A stretch of DNA of 37,488 nucleotides from Octopus bimaculoides (lineage: Eukaryota): assembly GCF_001194135.2 (NCBI RefSeq), contig NC_068996.1, forward strand, positions 49,633,519 to 49,671,006, given 5' to 3'. Both the position numbers and the translations under genes were made by a program. The notes beneath the pieces are model-generated. The model made no database searches, had not been told where the DNA came from, and saw only the letters and a list, made by a program, of their open reading frames with translations. Positions 21,590 through 33,059 of this stretch are shown one piece after another (the first letter of the stretch is position 1; each line of letters starts with the position of its first letter).

Positions 21590-21915
21590 TAAAGGGTAAA
21601 GACCATGGGATAGTACTTAGAAAGTTCCCCTATGAGACATGAGTCCAGGCAAGGTTGTTTGTAGAAGACCAGCAGTTTGTCTATGCATACCAGACTCTCC
21701 TCTCGATGCCACTGATGTTATCCAAGGGAAAGGCAAAGGGATCGATACAGCTTGGCACCTGTGACGTCACAATTCATTTCTACAGCTGAGTGAACTGGAG
21801 CAATGTGAAATAAAGTGTCTTGCTCAAGAACACAACACACAGCCTGGTCCAGGAAATGAACTCACTATCTCATAACTGTGAGCCTGACACTCTAACCACT
21901 GAGCCAAGTGCCTTT
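21590..21915 (-). mobile_element. SINE family E
   Basis: Aligns with 3161-3498. Confidence 0.8.
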
Positions 21916-22073
21916 ACAAGTTACATGTATGTAAATTTATCCAGATCCATGAACTTCACTACAAAGTTTCCTCTGATGCAAACAGTCGTTAATTTCCTCA
22001 GACTGATTCCTGGCAGCTTTATGCTCCTAGAAGGGAAAGCAACAACATTTTACATTTTATGTTCCTGTAATAC

Positions 22074-22183
22074 CTGCTCTTCGAGCCATTGCTCAGAAAG
22101 ATCCATCATGTCTTCATAACTCAACAATTGAAATAAGTAGGAGTATTTGTGCAATCGCAGACTTTTCAACCAAATAGGAACAT
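22074..22183 (-). CDS. SAMD4: Smaug/SAMD4 exon, N-terminal half of the SAM domain (phase 1-0, 110 nt)
   Basis: tttttgttgtag|AT GTT CCT...GAG CAG|gtatta. Translates (D)[46 protein letters not shown] is the Smaug/Vts1 RNA-binding SAM signature. Confidence 0.97.
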
Positions 22184-22998
22184 CTACAACAAAAATAAAA
22201 TAAATCAAAATAAATCAAAAATGAAAACAAAAACCAGAAAGCAAAAACAAAAAAAAAAAAATCAAATTGTTATTTGCAAATATACATAAAAAAAACATAA
22301 GTATAGTAATGTATCTTAGAATAATAATCTATATTTTACTATGGTAATTATTCTATAGAATAATAACCATAGTAAAATAAAAGTGTGTGTGTGATCATTG
22401 TTTGAGCATCTAGTTTTCTATGCTTGCATGGGTCAGACAGAATTCAATGAGAGTTTTTCTATAGCCAAATGACCTTCCTGTTTCCAAGCAGAGTAATATT
22501 TCTTTATGGTTGGACATATTTTCACAGAAAATTGGAAGCCATAGGCACTGCTTGCAGTGATGGTTCCTTTACAACCATCACATGATGTCAAAACACAATC
22601 AAAACCCCCCACCCCTATACACATATGTCACAATATATAGATTCAAGTAATCCAGTGGTACTCATAAAAAAAGCTCTTTAATGTATCATCATTCTAGAAA
22701 ACATATCGTACGATCCAGGAGAAAACAATAAGGGGCATATAAAATTATGAATAACGAGAGAAATAATTTGTCATGAAATTTGAATTTTCTTATTGTTAGA
22801 TAAAATTTCATCAAATTGTTTTGTAACTTAAAAACATGTAAATAATTTATATTATCGTATCTAATAAATCAATTACTTACATGCAAAAAATCCTTCAAAA
22901 TAATGCAGAATTTAAGCTACGTCTTCAGGTGAAAGACAGTCTTTGTTAAATAGTAAATTCTCTTACATACATAAACACAGACACATCGAACTTCTTTC

Positions 22999-23521
22999 GG
23001 CACTACTTAAATACAGAGATACCACATAGGCACTACTTATAATACAGAGGTCTACATAACGACATGAAGGGGAGGTAATCTAGTCTTACCAAAATTACTG
23101 TTAATGATGTAAGGGGCCCCACAATATCGTCTGTTTTTACTTTGATCTTTTTCCCCCACAAGATGTTTTAGGGTTAGATTTTAGGGGTAAGGTTAGTTTT
23201 TAGGGTTAGGTGGTGTGCACACACTTTACCTTCACCCATTGTATGATATTGCGATCATCTCTTGTGCTTGTATCAGCAATAAGTGTCATTACTCGTCCAT
23301 ACAGCGTTCACTTAAAATGTTTTGTATGTAACACACCATGTCTTTTGAAAAAATTTACCAACTTCTTCAGATCATTTGCAATAGTTGTAACTTGAAATAT
23401 ATCCATTTCGACTTACACAAGGGCCGCTTATGTGAAATCACAATAGTTTTGGTAAAACTAGATTACCTCCCCTTTATATCATTACATAAACGTGTCAGGA
23501 CCTCTGTATTTAAGTAGTACC
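22999..23521. mobile_element. Merlin-like non-autonomous DNA element with long TIRs and 8-bp TSD, inserted in a family-C SINE
   Basis: TIR ggcactacttaaatacagag versus reverse complement ggtactacttaaatacagag. TSD cttctttc at 22991-22998 and 23522-23529. Confidence 0.7.
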
Positions 23522-23798
23522 CTTCTTTCAGTTTTTTGGTTTATCAAATCCACTCTCAAGTCTTTGGTCAGTTCAGAGCTATAACAGAAGATACTTGCCC
23601 AAAATGCCACACAGTGGAACTGAACCCAAAATAGAGTGGATAGAAAGCAAGCTTTTCAACTACACACCTATAATAGACACACAACAGACACTATCTTTCT
23701 TTTAGTATCATGTTAAACGATGATGACGAGCACAAAAATGAAAGAACATTATTGACTAAGAAAGAAAAAAAAGATTTTTACAGTTCCATGTTTTATAC

Positions 23799-23829
<31 letters not shown>

Positions 23830-25902
23830 GATCTTTCACCCCACTACAATTTTCCCAGGCCCCACAATAGGAATCACCAATCTAAAATGTTTGTGAAAAC
23901 TCAATCATGGAAAATGGTGGTTGTAAAGTGCAAGGAGAACAAGTGAGAGCTATGAATAGATACATCATCATTTAATGTCCCCTTTTCCATGGGGCATTTG
24001 CATTCACAACTGCCAGATTATGGCTTTGTGCTTCCCAAACCGGGTTGTGTATTGTGTTCTTTGAGCAAAACACTTTATTTCATGTTGTTCTCATTCACTC
24101 GGCCATAAACGAGTAACCTTGTTACAGACCGGCATCTTGTTTAGGGAGAATGTTATGATCTGAGCCACTTATACAGCATGGAAACAATGTATGCAGCCCA
24201 AGTTCTTCCTAGAACCCAAGAAAGATTTTCACAGGCCATGGGGAAAATAGGTTGGGAAACATTGCTTTAGACTTTTGTGTAATACCCTGCAAACTCAGAT
24301 ATAATCTTGTGGATTATTCTAACACCCGTAATATCAGGATACATCAATATCGGCAGATTTTCTTTCTACAGCTGAATCCCTTATCACAAACCCTTGCTTG
24401 TTTACAAATAAGATATTTTTCTTAATCCATGAAACAGGAACAGCACAATGTCCCAGACATGATTTCACAGACAGTAATGTCCTGAGGTCACCTGTTATTC
24501 TTTTTTCTTTAAGGGTCCAATGGAATTTACTTAGGCAGATTTTCAACAATCAGATGCCCTTGCTGTTGCTAACTCTCACAGGTTTCCAACCAAGAAAGGT
24601 AATATTTTCCCCCTTGGCCAGAGGTGTTTCCATAAAAGAGACTACAATGAATGACATTGCTTGTATGACGATAACATTCACAAACTGTTATCACAAGATA
24701 ACAAAACAGGGACACATACATCCACACTTGAGAGGTCGGGCTTCTATCAGGTTCTACCTACCAAATCCACTCACCTCAGCTCACATGAGGGGTATAATAG
24801 AAGTCACTTTCCCAAGAGGCCACACAGTGGGACTGAACCTGATACCATGTGGTTGGGAAGTGGATTTTTTAACTACACATCCATGCCTATGCCCTGTCAT
24901 GTCTGCAAGAGCAAGCACAAGCAGGAACGGATGAAGTATATTTTGTGATGTTTTGTTCATTTATATATGATATCGTATAAACTTTCATAATTATTAATGG
25001 AAAATAAAATTAATGATATCTGCCTGTGGATAACATCTGGATAACATTTAAACTAAATTGATATCAAATTTCAGTAATTTGGAATTCTTGATTAAAAATT
25101 ATTTCTATTACAATTTATTAATGCTTTTGACTTGAAAGTTGATACAATATTTATTTGGTTGCAGGAATTCACAAGCTGCTTTTGTTGCAACTTCATAGTT
25201 TGAACTTAAAAAAAAAAAAAAAAAAAAAGATACTTTATTTCAATTTATAGTCAAGGAAATCTTATAATTTCATAACTAGAAAGATCTTTTTAATGCTAAA
25301 GTTCAGTATCTTGGATACATTATATTGAATATATGCCGTGCTTGAGTAGACCTACTGAGTCAAATAAATCAAAATCAAATTAAATGGAAATTGTAGTTGT
25401 GGTAAATACCAGTGCTGATCGCCGCCAGAGCTGCCTGACTGGGTCCATACTGATGGCATGTAAAAAGCACCCACTAAACTCTGAGTGGTTGGCATTAGGA
25501 AGGGCATCCAGCTNNNNNNNNNNNNNNNNNNNNNNNNNNNNNNNNNNNNNNNNNNNNNNNNNNNNNNNNNNNNNNNNNNNNNNNNNNNNNNNNNNNNNNN
25601 NNNNNNNNNNNNNACCATGTGGTTGGTAAGCAAGCTACTTACCATACAGCCACTCCTATGCCTCAAATTTCAAAGTTTTCAAATTTTTTTGCAGTCTTTC
25701 CTTATTCTAGCTACTATATTTTCACCATTGCTGGCAATAAATAATAACGATTAGTCTAACAAAGCATTTCTTAGGCTCAATGGGTTAACTCATACATAGT
25801 TTCTAAACAGGGGGGGAATTGTGATGGCAGGGTTAGGTTGGAGGTGTTGCCAACAAATTGGCCTGATCAATAAACTCTTAAGAGTTAAATGGCTAATCTT
25901 AC

Positions 25903-26148
25903 CTTGCATGCCACTACCAGGTTCTGTGAAACTATTCCGGATAGGCTGACCACCTTCATCTTGATGTGTGTCACTACCACTCCCTGATGAAGTCACACTG
26001 CTCTGAGGTGATAATGGTGCATGATCTGAAGTGCTAGATAATGGACGTATACGGGAATAAGGATCTTCACATTTTGCTAGCCAGTCTGATATATTATCAG
26101 GGGGTGTAACAGAATTAGTTCGCCGTAAAGGAGTGTGTGAATTGATGC
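25903..26148 (-). CDS. SAMD4: Smaug/SAMD4 exon preceding the SAM domain (phase 1-1, 246 nt)
   Basis: tttttatttcag|GC ATC AAT...ATG CAA G|gtaaga. Translates INSHTPLRRTNSVTPP...SDHAPLSPQSSVTSSGSGS...RNSFTEPGSGMQ, matching SAMD4 SPLKRSVSLTPP...SDHAPLSPQSSVASSGSG...RNTFQEEGSGMK (recalled). Confidence 0.96.
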
Positions 26149-26297
26149 CTGAAATAAAAAAGAAATATATATATATATATATACAATATCAAATTAAAAA
26201 TTTTAATAAGTTAGCATTAAAAGATAATTAATCCTTTTAGGTATGTTTCTTGTATACTTAAGTCACCTGTTAAAATAGTATATATGTTTAGTTAGTG

Positions 26298-26336
<39 letters not shown>

Positions 26337-26918
26337 TGTCACTAGCAAAAACAACTCGACATTTAGCACATCATCATTCAATGTCAGTTTTCCATGCTGG
26401 CATGGATGGGTTGGATAGTATGATAGGGTCCAACAAACTGCAGGGCTGCATCAAGTCCCAATGTCAGCTTTAGCATAGTTTCTACAGCCAGATGATGCCC
26501 TTCCTAACACCTACCACATAACAGCATGTACTGGGTGACTAGTGGGGGTCACCAAGTAACTTGCAAGAGCAGGACAAAGAAATGAAAGGAAAAGAAAAAT
26601 GCCCCCACCTCTGTCCAACCTGACTGAGGGGGGGGGGTCTATTTGAGAGAGGAAAAGGAAGCTGTATGTTGGGTTGAGAGGCTAGGGTATGATAAAGGGA
26701 CAAGCAAAGGTGTGTAGCAAGAGAGGAGATACATGGCTACCCTACATTATGTGAGGGTAGGTAAGAGTAGCCGGAAGGGAGATAAAAATGGTGATGACAG
26801 GACGACAGGGTGCCAGAGTGTACATGTAAGCTACAAGAAGGTAAGTACAAGGCATAAGGACCAAGTAGATGTATTTCAAAAACTAATCTCTCTCTCTCTC
26901 TCTCTCTCTCGCACGCAC

Positions 26919-27173
26919 TAATAATTTAAAGACCATCCTGAAATTTAAATAATAATCTAGAGAAAAAGAAATTAATATGCATGAAACATTTCAAATTAAG
27001 TTTGTTTCAACTAAACAGTTCTCAATATCCTCTCATATGCGCGCGCGTGCATATGAGAGGATATTGAGAACTGTTTAGTTGAAACAAACTTAATTTGAAA
27101 TGATGTTTCATGCATATTAATTTCTTTTTCTCTAGATTATTATTTAAATTTTAGGATGGTCTTTAAATTATTA
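26919..27173. repeat. 255-bp near-perfect palindrome with no spacer
   Basis: Arms 26919-27044 and 27045-27173 differ by two substitutions and one 3-nt indel. Centre is catatgcgcgcgcgtgcatatg. Confidence 0.95.
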
Positions 27174-27507
27174 TCTTTTTATACATAAACTTAAACAAAC
27201 TTAAAACTAAAGAACAGAGTCTTTGCACACATTTAAGTAGATCTATGAAAGAAAAAAAAAGGCATTCAATTGTGACCATCCAATCTATCTTTTATGTATC
27301 TAGGATTATAATGTCAAATTAATTTTTCCTTTAAGATATGATTTGGCTGCTATTTCTAGCAGAATTAGCTACTACATAGACGCTCTTTTGTTGGCTCATT
27401 TCTTTTTTTTTCTTTTCCTGTTTTAAGTTGTTTGTAAAGCAGAAAATGCATGGTGAGAATAAATACTGAATTTGCTTTTAAAATTAACTTTTTAGTAAAT
27501 TACTTAC

Positions 27508-27594
27508 AGCCTTTTGGATCATATCTTAATTCTTGGCATCTATAAGTATCTATATCAAGTGCACATAGGAGGTTCTCAGACTGTCCACCTCGAC
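27508..27594 (-). CDS. SAMD4: Probable Smaug/SAMD4 exon, symmetric (phase 1-1, 87 nt)
   Basis: tttatatttcag|GT CGA GGT...GGC T|gtaagt. Strong sites and an open frame (RGGQSENLLCALDIDTYRCQELRYDPKG) that joins in frame to 26148. No homology recognised. Confidence 0.72.
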
Positions 27595-28163
27595 CTGAAA
27601 TATAAACACCTTATAACAACTTTTGAACAACTGGACAAAAAAAAAAAAAAAATTACAAACCAATACGTTTTCCATTAAATCCTAATTGTGCATTCATATT
27701 TAATAATAAAGAGGATTATTATTATTATTATTATAATTACTTGTTTTTGCAACTTCAACATTTGCCAGAAATACTGCATGCATGCACACGCACAAAACAT
27801 AATGCATGCCTAAAGACAATTAGGCCATCAACTTTTTTTATGTTTTGATTTGTAATTCTCCAGTATCTATACCAACCATATCTAGACTAAATATTTTAAG
27901 TTTTATGTTCAAACCACTCACATCTCTACAGTGTCGTTCTAAACATAAACAATCACATCAATGAAATCTCAAAAGGTACAAAATCTCAAAATTCCAAAAC
28001 AATGTGGATAAATAAGCATTACATTTGACAGGATAAACTGAATGCTAAACAGTTAAAGAAGTTTGACTGAAAATGTTTTATGGGGATTCCAAAATTTCGT
28101 AGAATTCATTTGAAAATACTTTTTAAAAAAAATAACACTTTCGTATATAAAAGTAGTCTAATT

Positions 28164-28775
28164 AGGCACAGCAGTAGCTGTGTGGTAAGTAGCTTGCTTA
28201 CCAACTACATGGTTCCGGGTTCAGTCCTACTACGTGGCACCTTGGGCAAGTGTCTTCCACTATAAACCTCAGCCCAACCAAAGCCTTGTGAGTGGATTTA
28301 GTAGATGGAAACTGAAAGAAGCCTGTCACATATATATGTGTGTGTGTGTTTGTCCCCCCAACATCGCTTGACAACTGATGCTGGTGTGTTTATGTCCCCA
28401 TAACATAGTGGTTCAGCAATAGAACCGATAGAATAAGTACTAAGCTTGCAAAGAATAAGTCTTGGGGTCGATTTGCTCAACTAATGGCTGGATGGGTGAG
28501 ACAAGGACTTCCCAAAATACAGTACAGGTAGCTCATTTAGAAGAATATTGCTCTTTACTCTACTCTTTTACTTGTTTCAGTCATTTGACTGCGGCCATGC
28601 TGGAGCACCGCCTTTAGTCGAGAAAATCGACCCCAGGACTTATTCTTTGGAAGCCTAGTACTTATTCTATCGGTCTCTTTTTGCCGAACCACTAAGTTAC
28701 GGGGGACGTAAACACACCAGCATCGGTTGTCAAACAATGTTGGGGGAACACACACACACACACACACACACATAA
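28164..28775. mobile_element. Two family-C SINEs in tail-to-tail inverted arrangement (28164-28484 plus; 28563-28775 minus)
   Basis: About 28337-28484 is the reverse complement of about 28613-28770. Confidence 0.85.
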
Positions 28776-29196
28776 AATACAGTGTACATTTAATATACAT
28801 TAGAGATGCCTATAAAAGGAAATCTGACCCGCTAGAAAGAGTAACCAAAGCTCTACACCACAAAATTAGGGATAATTTCGAAAGGAATGAAAAATAAAAA
28901 CATTTACCATCTATATTTCGAACCAGGTTTGAAGTTATTTTAGCAAAACAAACTATTTTGCAAGGCCAACTATCATCAGCGAAATAGCCTAGATCGACTT
29001 ATATGCACGAGGCATTACATAGAGAACATGACTTGTGCATATATGTCTAATTTTTCAAAAATTACCGCACATATGCGGAATACCTAATCAGCAGCAAATA
29101 CAAAAAAAAAAGACACTTGCCCAAGGTGCCACGCAGTGGGACTGAACCCGGAACCATGTGGTTGGTTAATCAATTAAAAGTACTGATAATGATTAA

Positions 29197-29414
29197 CCCT
29201 TTAGCATTCAAACCAGCTATATCCAGCTACAATATTTAGCCTGTTTTATATTGAAACTGACCAGATCCAGCCTCTCACACATACCCTACAATGTCATTCT
29301 AAAACTAAGCAATCACATCATTGAAATCTCGGAACTACAAAGATGATGCATGATTAATTCAAAACAATATAAAACAAACATCTGGTTTAGCAAAATAATC
29401 TGAACACTAAAGGG
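29197..29414 (+). mobile_element. piggyBac-like MITE ('ccctttagcatt' family)
   Basis: ttaa|ccctttagcattc ... aacactaaaggg(c)ttaa. Confidence 0.75.
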
Positions 29415-29528
29415 CTTAAGACACTTCTGCCACAAACTTCCCTAATTTTTCAAGTCCAAGTTGTAAAGAGAAAGATATCCTGCAGTTAAAACGATACATG
29501 ACATATACAGCAAATATTACTAGTTTCT

Positions 29529-29742
29529 TATTTCTTTATTGCCCACAAGGGGCTAAACATAGAGGGGACAGACAAAGGGATTAAGTCGATTACATCGACT
29601 CCTGTACGTAACTGGTACTTAATTTATCAACCCCGAAAGGCAAAGTCGACCTCGGCAGAATTTGAACTCAGAACGTAACGGCAAACGAAATACCGCGAAG
29701 CATTTCGCCCGGCGTCCTAACGATTCTGCCAGCTTGCCATCT
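29529..29742 (-). mobile_element. SINE family A with perfect 14-bp TSD
   Basis: TSD tattactagtttct at 29515-29528 and 29743-29756. Confidence 0.9.
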
Positions 29743-30706
29743 TATTACTAGTTTCTACCTGTTGTTTTGTGTGCTAGATACCAAAAGACTGTAATGATTG
29801 GCTACGTGCTGAGACCTGCCAAACCTATGCCAATAAACAACAGCATACGACGATGACTACTACTACGACTACTACTACTACTCCACTTGAGATGGTCAAT
29901 ACTGAAGTGTTTATGTCCTTGTGTTACTATAATTCTGCTGAAATGCACTGCTTTTGTTTCAATTATTTCTTGAAAATAATGGAGAATTCATTCAAATAAC
30001 TTCTTTTTTTTTAATTATTAAGCTTATATCTAAAACAAATTTCACATGAAATCTTGATGGAAGGTTTTAATGTAGATCACTTTTAAACAGGAAATTGGTA
30101 TCATCGGATCAAAAGGTGCTTCCAGGCAGGTTGGTATCAAAAGAGTTAAATGAAATCTCAAGCCAGAATTGTCAGAATTAATAGCATAGGAGTCCATCCA
30201 TCCGTCCACCTGCCTGCCTGGAGCTAACTACCTTGATGTATATTAAGGAATTCACTCATGTCCTACACCCTGTTGTCTTGTACGCTTATCTCTGTTGTGC
30301 CCGCTATTTCATGTGTGAGCAAGGAATATATTATGTTTGTTAGTCCAACCCATGCTAGCATGGAAAGCGGACGTTAAACGACGATGATGATGAACCAAAA
30401 ACATTGCCTTCTGATATTTATTGTTACCTCTTTGTAAAACATGCATTTCAAACCTTCTTAGGTGCACACATCCAAATATACTTCCTAAATTGGTAAAGCC
30501 CAACTCTTAATTAACCTCTTGTTACAAACCCATCAGATTAATGTAAAATTGTTTTTTTATTAAGACTGAATATAAAAACAAACATTAACAATATACACAT
30601 AGAATTAGATATTTTAGTAAACCCTTTCAAAATCATTATATTGAAAGCATATGAAAATGCAAAGGCACTTTACACATCAGAAATACAGTTGTGAAATGTA
30701 GTTGTA

Positions 30707-30940
30707 AAGGCGGCGAGCTGGCAGAAACGTTAGCACCCCGGGTGAAATGCTTAGCGGTATTTCGTCTGCCGTTATGTTCTGAGTTCAAATTCCGTAGAAA
30801 TCGACTTTGCCTTTCATCCTTTCAGGGTCGATAAATTAAGTACCAGTTACACACTGGAGTCGATGTAATCAACTTAATCCCTTTGTCTGTCCTTGTTTGT
30901 CCCCTCCGTGCTTAGCCCCTTATGGGCAATAAAGAAATAA
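30707..30940 (+). mobile_element. SINE family A
   Basis: aaggcggcgagctggcagaaacg...gggcaataaagaaataa. Diverged TSD gaaatgtagttgta/gaaatatagctatg. Confidence 0.88.
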
Positions 30941-32129
30941 GAAATATAGCTATGAAAAATGAAAAGTTTAACAGCTTTTTGATTATATTTTGTAGCAGTT
31001 TAGTGGAAACATGATCAACCACATAGCACACTCACAATAAGCATGTGAGAAATGTGTGACACATTTTAGTACATCATTATTTATTTAATAAAAGAGAATA
31101 GTAACTGGTAGAATACCTGCTACTGAAAGATTTAAAACTAATAATTAAATCAACAAAATATGAAATGTTGTAAAATATCTACCTACTGACAAGAGGATAA
31201 AATATATTTGAAGTTTCTTTTCTCTTTCTTAGGTAGAAAGCAAGAAATTTCAGGGAAGTGGGTAGTTGATTATATCAACCCCAGTTTGGTTCTATTCTGC
31301 CAGTCCACTGATATTCACTATTGGCCATGCTTCCACCCAAATTCCTCATTCACTTCTATTTTCATCCCTCTCACACTCTTGTGAACTTACCTACACATCT
31401 ATACCCTTTTCAAACTTCTGTCCCTATTCTCTTTTATATTTCCCTTATTGTACCTCGAGAGTATACTCTGACATCTCATCACCATCATCTCTAGCTGAGT
31501 TAGCCATGTATCTTCTCCATAACAAAACACTTGTTCCTTCCTGTCCTTTCTCTCCAATAGCTGGCATAACGCCACCTCCTCCAATACTACATACATACAC
31601 ACTCATTTGCTTGCCTTGTCAGTTACTAGATGACCACACTAGTGCTGGGGCCACATTAAAAGCACTCCGTACACTCTGTAATGTGGCTGGCATTAGGAAG
31701 GCCATTCAGCCATAGAAACCATGCCAGAGCAGACACTGGAGATTGATGCAGTTCTCTGACTCATTAAATCTTAAACCAACCAAACCAATGCCAGCATGGA
31801 AGCCAGACGTCAATCAATGATGATATATATATATATTGGTACAAAGCCATTTTTGTTTTCCTTATGGTGGGGACATATATTTGATAAAATAAGTGGCAAA
31901 TGCCAAAAAATTCATGGTGGAATTCAGTCTGGGAGAAGTCAACAGATCTGAACTGAAAAAGAAATTTAATTAAATACTGCAAAGCATTTAATACCGTATT
32001 CTATTGCTTCTGCCATTCACTGCTGCCACCGCCTTATGTTGGTGTGATATTTTTTTTTTAATTTATTTCTTATGAACCACTAGAAATACTTTGTGAGTGA
32101 TGCCAAATTCTTTACAGGTAAAGTGATAC

Positions 32130-32153
32130 CTGAATATGTAGAAACTGGTGCTA
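32130..32153 (-). CDS. Candidate Smaug microexon, 24 nt (21 nt from the second AG), phase 1-1
   Basis: gtattttattttcctactgatag|TAG|CACCAGTTTCTACATATTCAG|gtatca. Reads xAPVSTYS(G) in frame with exon 27594. Based on splice signals only. Confidence 0.35.
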
Positions 32154-33059
32154 CTATCAGTAGGAAAATAAAATACACCACTTAGATTACTGTAGAAATG
32201 GTTACCAAAAAAAAAATATATATAAAGGCAGTATTCCAGTATATCCTTATCCTTACTTTCTAAAACAAACTAAAGAATAACAAAGAAAAAAACAATTAAC
32301 AGCAGTTCATGCTGTGCAGCAACTTATAGGAATTGTTCCACACATAGGTGCAGGCATAGTTAAGATGCTAGCTTTGTAACCACAAGGTTTCGGGTTCAGT
32401 CCCATCGAATGGCTTCTTAGGCAAGTGTCTTCTATAAGCCCCAGGCCAACTAATACCTTGTAAGTAATTTGTTAGTTGGAAACTGTAGAAGCCCTACACA
32501 CACAACACACACACACATTGACATTATAAATATTTATAAACTTTGAGGGAACATGAAATAATTTTTGGAATAGTGAAACTTGAAACATTACATTATAGAT
32601 AATCCTTTCTAATTTTAGACACAAGGCCTGGGGGAGGGCGCTAACCAATTACATTGACTCCAGTATGCAACTGGTATTTATCTTATTGACCCCGAGAGGA
32701 TGAAAGTCAGTGTTGGAGGAATTTGAACTCAGAATTTAAAGATGGACAAAATGCTGCTGAGCATTTCGTCTGGCATGCTAATGATTCTACCAGAGCATAA
32801 ATAAAAAAGAAGTTCCCGGGGGGGGTCAATTCATTTGACTAAAAATTCTTCAAGGTGGTGCCCCCAGCATGGTCACAGCCTAATAACTGAAACAAGTATA
32901 TATTAAAAAAAAATTTAAAAAAACAGATAAAGATATAAACATCATGAAAAGCAACATATAATTTTTTACCATGTCGGATATTTCAGTTGTGTAACTATGG
33001 CTGTTGTAATTTTAATATAATAAACGAAGGGGAATGCTGAGACAATGTATGGTTAATTA

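Noticed and set aside
21930-22027. Acceptor-like tttcccttctag|GAGCATAAA just after the SAM exon
   Set aside because: It would need a 47-nt intron, hits a stop, and would interrupt the SAM domain.
1766-25754. Long ORFs in the track that contain X runs (e.g. 17403-18437, 3850-4560, 6538-7014)
   Set aside because: They are artefacts of translating through N-gaps. Only the 7167-7000 part of ORF 6547-7167 is real, as a Smaug exon.
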